A DNA stretch of 64,000 bases from Coniocarpon cinnabarinum (taxonomy: Eukaryota), in contig JAVECO010000104.1 of the NCBI GenBank assembly GCA_051942205.1, forward strand, positions 1-64,000. The letters run 5' to 3'. Numbering within the stretch: the stretch's first letter is position 1; each line of letters opens with the position of its first letter. Both the position numbers and the translations under genes were made by a program. Below, in pieces: positions 58,665 through 64,000 of the stretch. The notes beneath the pieces are model-generated. The model saw nothing but the letters and a program-made list of their open reading frames with translations. It was not told where the DNA came from and ran no database searches.

Positions 58665-60678
58665 ATGTCTCCTCCCCAGTCCCGCGTAGCGAAGCTCGTC
58701 TCTCACCTGTCACCGTTTCAGCCCAGATCGCGAGATCGCGGGGTAAATATCCATACACTTTCGCCTACGCATTTCCTCCCTCGAGCTGCGGCTGTTGAAC
58801 CTGAAGTGAATCATGGTCATTCGTTTTCCTGTGGACGTTTCGCAAGCTGACGATTGTCAGTAGGCGCCCGCTGTCTACCACCAAGCTGCCAATGGAGGGA
58901 CTGTACGACGGAACTACCAAGAAACAGCAGATCGCGCAAGAGGCTTTGCTTATTACCTGAAGAAACATGGGTACAAGCGTGTTGGCATTCTGTGCACAAA
59001 CACTCCTGCTTTTCTTGAGGCCATCTTTGCGATCGCGGCAGCTTCAGGTGTCAACGCCGGTGAGGACTCTCTGTACTTGAAATGTTGATGCTTATGTGCT
59101 GATGAATCATTGTCTGACACAGCGATCAACTACAGATTGAAGCCGGACGACCTCACGTACATTTTTGAACATGCCGAGGTCGACTCGATCCTTGTTGACG
59201 CAGAATTTCTACCACTTCTCGACCAGTTTCGATCGCGCAATCCTCGCGTGAAGCTAATCGTTGACACGGACTTGGATTGTGATGATGGTGACTACGACGC
59301 CGCTGTCCAGGAAGGTTTGAGGTATGACCAAGAGCATGGCTCGCATGGATGGGAAGGGCTCGAAAGACAAGCGTCAGATGAGGAGGCCACGCTCGCCCTA
59401 TCATACACGAGCGGCACTACTGCGAGGCCAAAGGGTGTAGAATACACGCATCGAGGCGCATACCTGGCTGCCTTAGGAAATGTCGTCGAGTCAGGCCTAA
59501 ATTTCCACGAGGGACGATGTAGATACTTGTGGACACTGCCAATGTTTCACGCGATGGGTGAGACCTTTCAGGCGGCGTTGCGTGGCTAGGGAATGAAAAC
59601 TGACAGCAGCAGGATGGACGTTCCCGTGGGCAGTGACCGCCGTGCGCGGCACACATTACTGCCTTCGCAAGGTCGACTATCCTCTTATTTGGAAGCTCCT
59701 CAAGGAAGAAGGCTGCACGCATTTCAACGCCGCACCCACAGTCAACACACTTCTTTGCAACTCGCCCGAAGCTGAGCGATTACCGCACAAAGTCCGAGTT
59801 ACGGTGGCCGCGAGTCCGCCGACTGGGCACTTGTTTGAACAGATGGCTGGCTTGAACTTACACGCCGTGCATGTGTACGGCCTTACCGAGACCTACGGGC
59901 CTATCACGAAAGGATACCACATGCCAGCATGGGAACAATTGCCTGCGTCTGAGAAGTATGCCAAGCTAGCACGGCAAGGCCATGGCTTTGTCACAAGTTT
60001 GCCAGCGCGAGTGGTCAAGACGGGCGACAGAGATGACCAGGTCATTGATGTCGCCAAAGACGGCAAAGAAGTGGGAGACATTGTGTTCACCGGTAACATC
60101 TGTGCGAAGGGCTACTTCAAAGACCCAGAAGCGACACGTAAGCTGTTTGCCGGAGGTGTACTGCACACTGGCGATTTGGCTGTCTGGCATTCGGATGGAG
60201 CTGTACAGATAATCGATCGGGGCAAGGATATCATCATTAGCGGTATGATCCATCAAACGCGGGATTATGTCCTTGCGCTGATCAAGTGTCTAGGCGGCGA
60301 GAATATATCTTCACTAGCGCTTGAAAGCGTCATTGTGACGCACCCTGACATTCTCGAATGCGGTGTAGTTGCCGTGAAAGACGAAAAGTGGGGTGAACGT
60401 CCACAGGCGTTTGTCACGATCAAGGAGGGCAAGACACTGCGAGGGGAAGATCTTATCCAGTGGATGAAGGACAACCCTAAAGTCAGCGGTTTTGTAAGTC
60501 ATGATGCCTCGCTCGTGATCTGATTTCCGTTTCGATCAACGATCTAATGGCTGCCTGACAGATGGTTCCCAAGGGAGCAGAAGTGATTGCAGAGCTGCCT
60601 AAAACGTCCACCGGCAAGGTGCGCAAGAATGTCCTGAGAGAATGGGCCCAGGGCGCAGAACGGGACCAAGCAAAGTAG
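58665..60678 (+). CDS. AMP-dependent acyl-CoA synthetase with N-terminal PTS2
   Basis: YTSGTTARPKG, LPMFHA, YGLTETYGP, HTGDLA, DRGKDIIISGGENI and LPKTSTGK. N-terminal RVAKLVSHL. Confidence 0.9.
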
Positions 60679-61142
60679 GCTGCACATGGATGCGTTTGTA
60701 CATAATCTCGCTGGTTTGCTGATGACGGTACGATTGCGACAAGATGTACATACATGTATGTAGGATGCACTGATACAGGAAGTGCAAACGAGGCACCGAT
60801 AGCCCGCAAAGCTGTCAGGACTGTTTTGAAATTTCTTGATACGGCGCTTGGCCGCAAGAGGAAAGGCGCGGGGCCGGCCTTTTAGGAGAAGCACGACCAA
60901 TATATGAGAGGCGGTCGCCGTCGCATCGCTTCTGAGCCAGATCACCGCTTGTCCCGCCCAAAACCCGGAGGTTGCTTGGCAAAGAACCACTCCCCTACGC
61001 CCCCCCCTTCTCTTTGATGACTGTGATGGTTTGATGATGCGCCCCACGATAGTCTACGCCGCCTTTTAATACAATCTTTCACGTGGTCGTTTGGCGCACC
61101 CTTGCATAGCGACGGCGTTGTTTTGTTGGCTTTTGATGGTAC

Positions 61143-64000
61143 ATGATGGCGTCTCGGTAAGCATCCAGAATGCGGAAACGCTCTCACAAACCTTGCAGCT
61201 GACCTGAGTCATGTGACACAGCCTCGATCGTCTCGTCACGTGAGTATTCCTTTTCCACTCCACCGCACGAGGTGGTTGTACTTACCGTACACAGGCTCCT
61301 CGAGACTGGCAGCACCGCTTTAATTCGTAATACTGCAGCGCAACAATTGGCTGATATCCAGAAGAAGCATCCGGAAGAAGTCTTCAACTTGCTCACGAGG
61401 GTTGTGCCATACCTGCGCGTCAAGGGCCCCAGAAGCTGGGAGACACGCACCGCTGCGGCGAAGGCTGTTGGCGGCATCGTTGAGCATGCAGAGAGGTTCG
61501 ACCCGAATTCTGATGAGTCAGAGTCAGGCTCTGCAGCTGTCAAACTTGAAGATGGGCCGCCCAAGAAGGAAGAGGATCAAGTCAAAGTTGAAGTGTCACC
61601 CCCGGCTAGTGACCAGCTTCAACTGGAGACCCTGGATGTGCAGTCCATTATGGAGAATGGCAAGCCACTGCTCGCGAGTGACGGCAAGAGCTACGACTTA
61701 AAACTTGCCAAAATGGAACCAGGCCAGCGCCTGGAGTTTCAAAAGAAATCCTTGACCGCACGACTTGGACTTGGCGGCGAGTACACGGATGATTCCTTGC
61801 TCGACGACGCAGATATTGAGCAGCAGGTCCGTGGTAGCACGCCTGGCGCACCTCCAGCGCTCTCCAAATTGAACACGCAAGTGGATCGCAAGGACAACTC
61901 CACCGACGCAGGCGTCACTCCAACCGCGAAAACTCCGACCGTTGACGGTGGCGCGACGAGCAAGCGTATGCAAAGCTATCTCAAGCGGAAGCGCAAGCTG
62001 GAGGCCAAACAGGCTGCCAACAAAGTTCAGATCCTCGACCTTGACTCTCGTCGAAAATCAACTCAAATCAACGCCACCGCAGACGCGTCTAAGCCTACAG
62101 TGGTCAAAAAGGAGAGCATGGCTGATGAGGATGACATCGACCCTCCCAAGGGCGGTGACTATTTTTCTCTCGATCGCAAAGGCGAAGACGACAGTTCCAA
62201 GCTTGTGTCCGAGTTCAAAGGCCCTGTGGCACCCATCAAGTCGGAGTTGCAACCCGACGCTGATGAAGAAGGCGTCGAGTGGCCATTCGAGCGCTTGTGC
62301 GAGTACCTCATGGTTGACATGTTCGACCACAATTGGGAAGTGAGGCACGGTGCAGCTCTCGGCCTTCGTGAGATACTACGAGTGCACGCTGCTGGGGCAG
62401 GCCGCGAACGCGGAAAATCGAAATCAGTTAACGCTGCTGCCAATCAGAGATGGCTCAATGACCTGGCTTGTCGGATATGCGCAGTGTTCATGCTGGACAG
62501 ATTCGCCGATTTTGGCTCTGACAACGCTGTTACTCCTGTGCGTGAAACAGCTGGTCAAGCACTTGGCTCTCTACTCCAAGACGCGTCAGCGGCAACGGTT
62601 GAAGCCACGTATCACGTGTTAAGATCACTTGTGCTGCAAGAGCATCTGGTCAAATCGCGAGTCTGGCAAGCTTGTCACGGTGGCATGATCGGCCTGCGTT
62701 ACCTCGTTGCTGTTCGATATGATGTATTGCTGGCTCGACAAGACTTGATGGACAGTGCTCTATCCGTCGTCATGCATGGACTGTCCGACAACGACGACGA
62801 CGTTCGCGCTGTCAGCTCTGCAACATTGATTCCCGTGTGTGAAGAATTTGTCAAGCGTCGGCCAGCCTCACTCGGAGACCTTGTGCACATCGTATGGGAA
62901 TGCCTAGGCAACCTCAACGACGATCTAAGCTCGAGTACTGGGGCGGTGATGGATCTGTTGTCGAAGCTGTGCTCGTTTTCACAGGTACTCGATGTCATGA
63001 AAGCCAACGCAAGCAGCACTTCTGCTGCAAGCTTTGGTGTTCTCGTGCCTAGGCTTTTTCCGTTTCTCCGCCACACGATACGATCTGTGCGAGCCGCGGC
63101 TCTTCGAGCATTGCGCCAATTTCTCGACATTAAGGGAGAAGGAACAACGGACTGGGTAAATGGAAAAGCGCTGCGCCTAATCTTTCAAAATCTCATTGTT
63201 GAGCGCGATGATGAAGTGCGAAGGCTGTCGCTGGACGTGTGGATGGCTTTGCTCGATGTGATGACCACACAGAGGGGCTTTGTTGAACTCGAGAAAGAAA
63301 TGCTCGAACACCTCTCCTCCATCACGACCGTGACGATGCATCCAATTGGAGTATCTCAGCACCCCCTTCCCATGAGCCCGTCCCTGTTCATGCGTCCCTC
63401 TGGCCATGGGACCGTCATTCCTGCCCACTCTTCCACAAAGTCGCCACCACGCATCGATGGAGAGCCACCAGCAAAAAAACAGCGAAGGAGATCCAACAAG
63501 ACAGAGAAGGAGTCAACGCCCCCGCCACCTTCACCACACAACTTGGATGGCCCTGTCATCTCCGGCGACGTCGACTTGGTGGGCTTCGAGACGTTCGTAC
63601 ATTCCAAATTGGCAGCTGTGCAAGCATTTGCGAAGTTGATCAGCCTGTGGCCGGACAACTCACTGGACAAACACTTTGCGTCAGCGTTGGTGGTGAACAT
63701 GACATCACGATACTCGACCTCTCGAGAGATCGCTTGTTCAATTATTGGCGAAGCGGCACTGTTGCGTGGTCCAAACGATGCCTTCTTGATGAGCTTCATA
63801 GCGAAGCTGGAAAGCATTGTCAAAGAAGAACCCCCTAAGTGGTATACCGATATCAAATCATCGCTGTACGCTGTGAGAGGACAGTGTCACAACCTCATGT
63901 CGATATTCAAAGACAGCAATATTAGAGCCAGCTTACCGAACATACCGCCAATGGTTCAAGGGGATGATAATGCTGGACCACATGCTTTTGACATTCAGGA
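61143..64000 (+). CDS. MOT1: TATA-binding protein-associated Snf2-family ATPase Mot1, 5' part (runs off window)
   Basis: MASR|LDRLVT|LLETGSTALIRNTAAQQLAD, WETRTAAAKA, WEVRHGAALGLREIL, DRFADF..PVRETAGQ, DDDVRAV, DDLSSST and PRLFPFLRHTI. Confidence 0.95.

Noticed and set aside
1..64000. tRNA, rRNA or telomeric repeats
   Set aside because: No cloverleaf with A/B boxes, rDNA-like sequence or (TTAGGG)n tract was seen by eye. A tRNAscan/Infernal run would be needed to exclude small RNAs.

Overview
This is eukaryotic DNA from a filamentous ascomycete (Pezizomycotina): genes are interrupted by short GT..CTRAC..YAG spliceosomal introns. Conserved genes: SAM methyltransferase, spermidine-synthase-like membrane protein, GH17 btgC-like glucanase, Nor-1-like SDR, bZIP-ankyrin transcription factor, expansin-like protein, FAD oxidase, Pth11-like membrane protein, sterol O-acyltransferase, acyl-CoA synthetase and the 5' part of MOT1. 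Four accessory blocks are interspersed. (1) A HET-domain gene. (2) A ~4.7 kb same-strand array of short Cys-rich ORFs, followed by a repeat-rich island carrying a 144-bp hAT-type MITE. (3) A tandem triplication of an unrecognised 4-exon gene family that the ORF track shows only as fragments; copies 2 and 3 stop before a basic C-terminal tail retained in copy 1. (4) An intact patatin-like phospholipase divergent from a probable decayed kinase(-vWA) gene, with a 3x40-bp repeat between them. No rRNA, tRNA or CRISPR was found. All gene models were spliced by eye, and family names come from motif recognition, not database searches.
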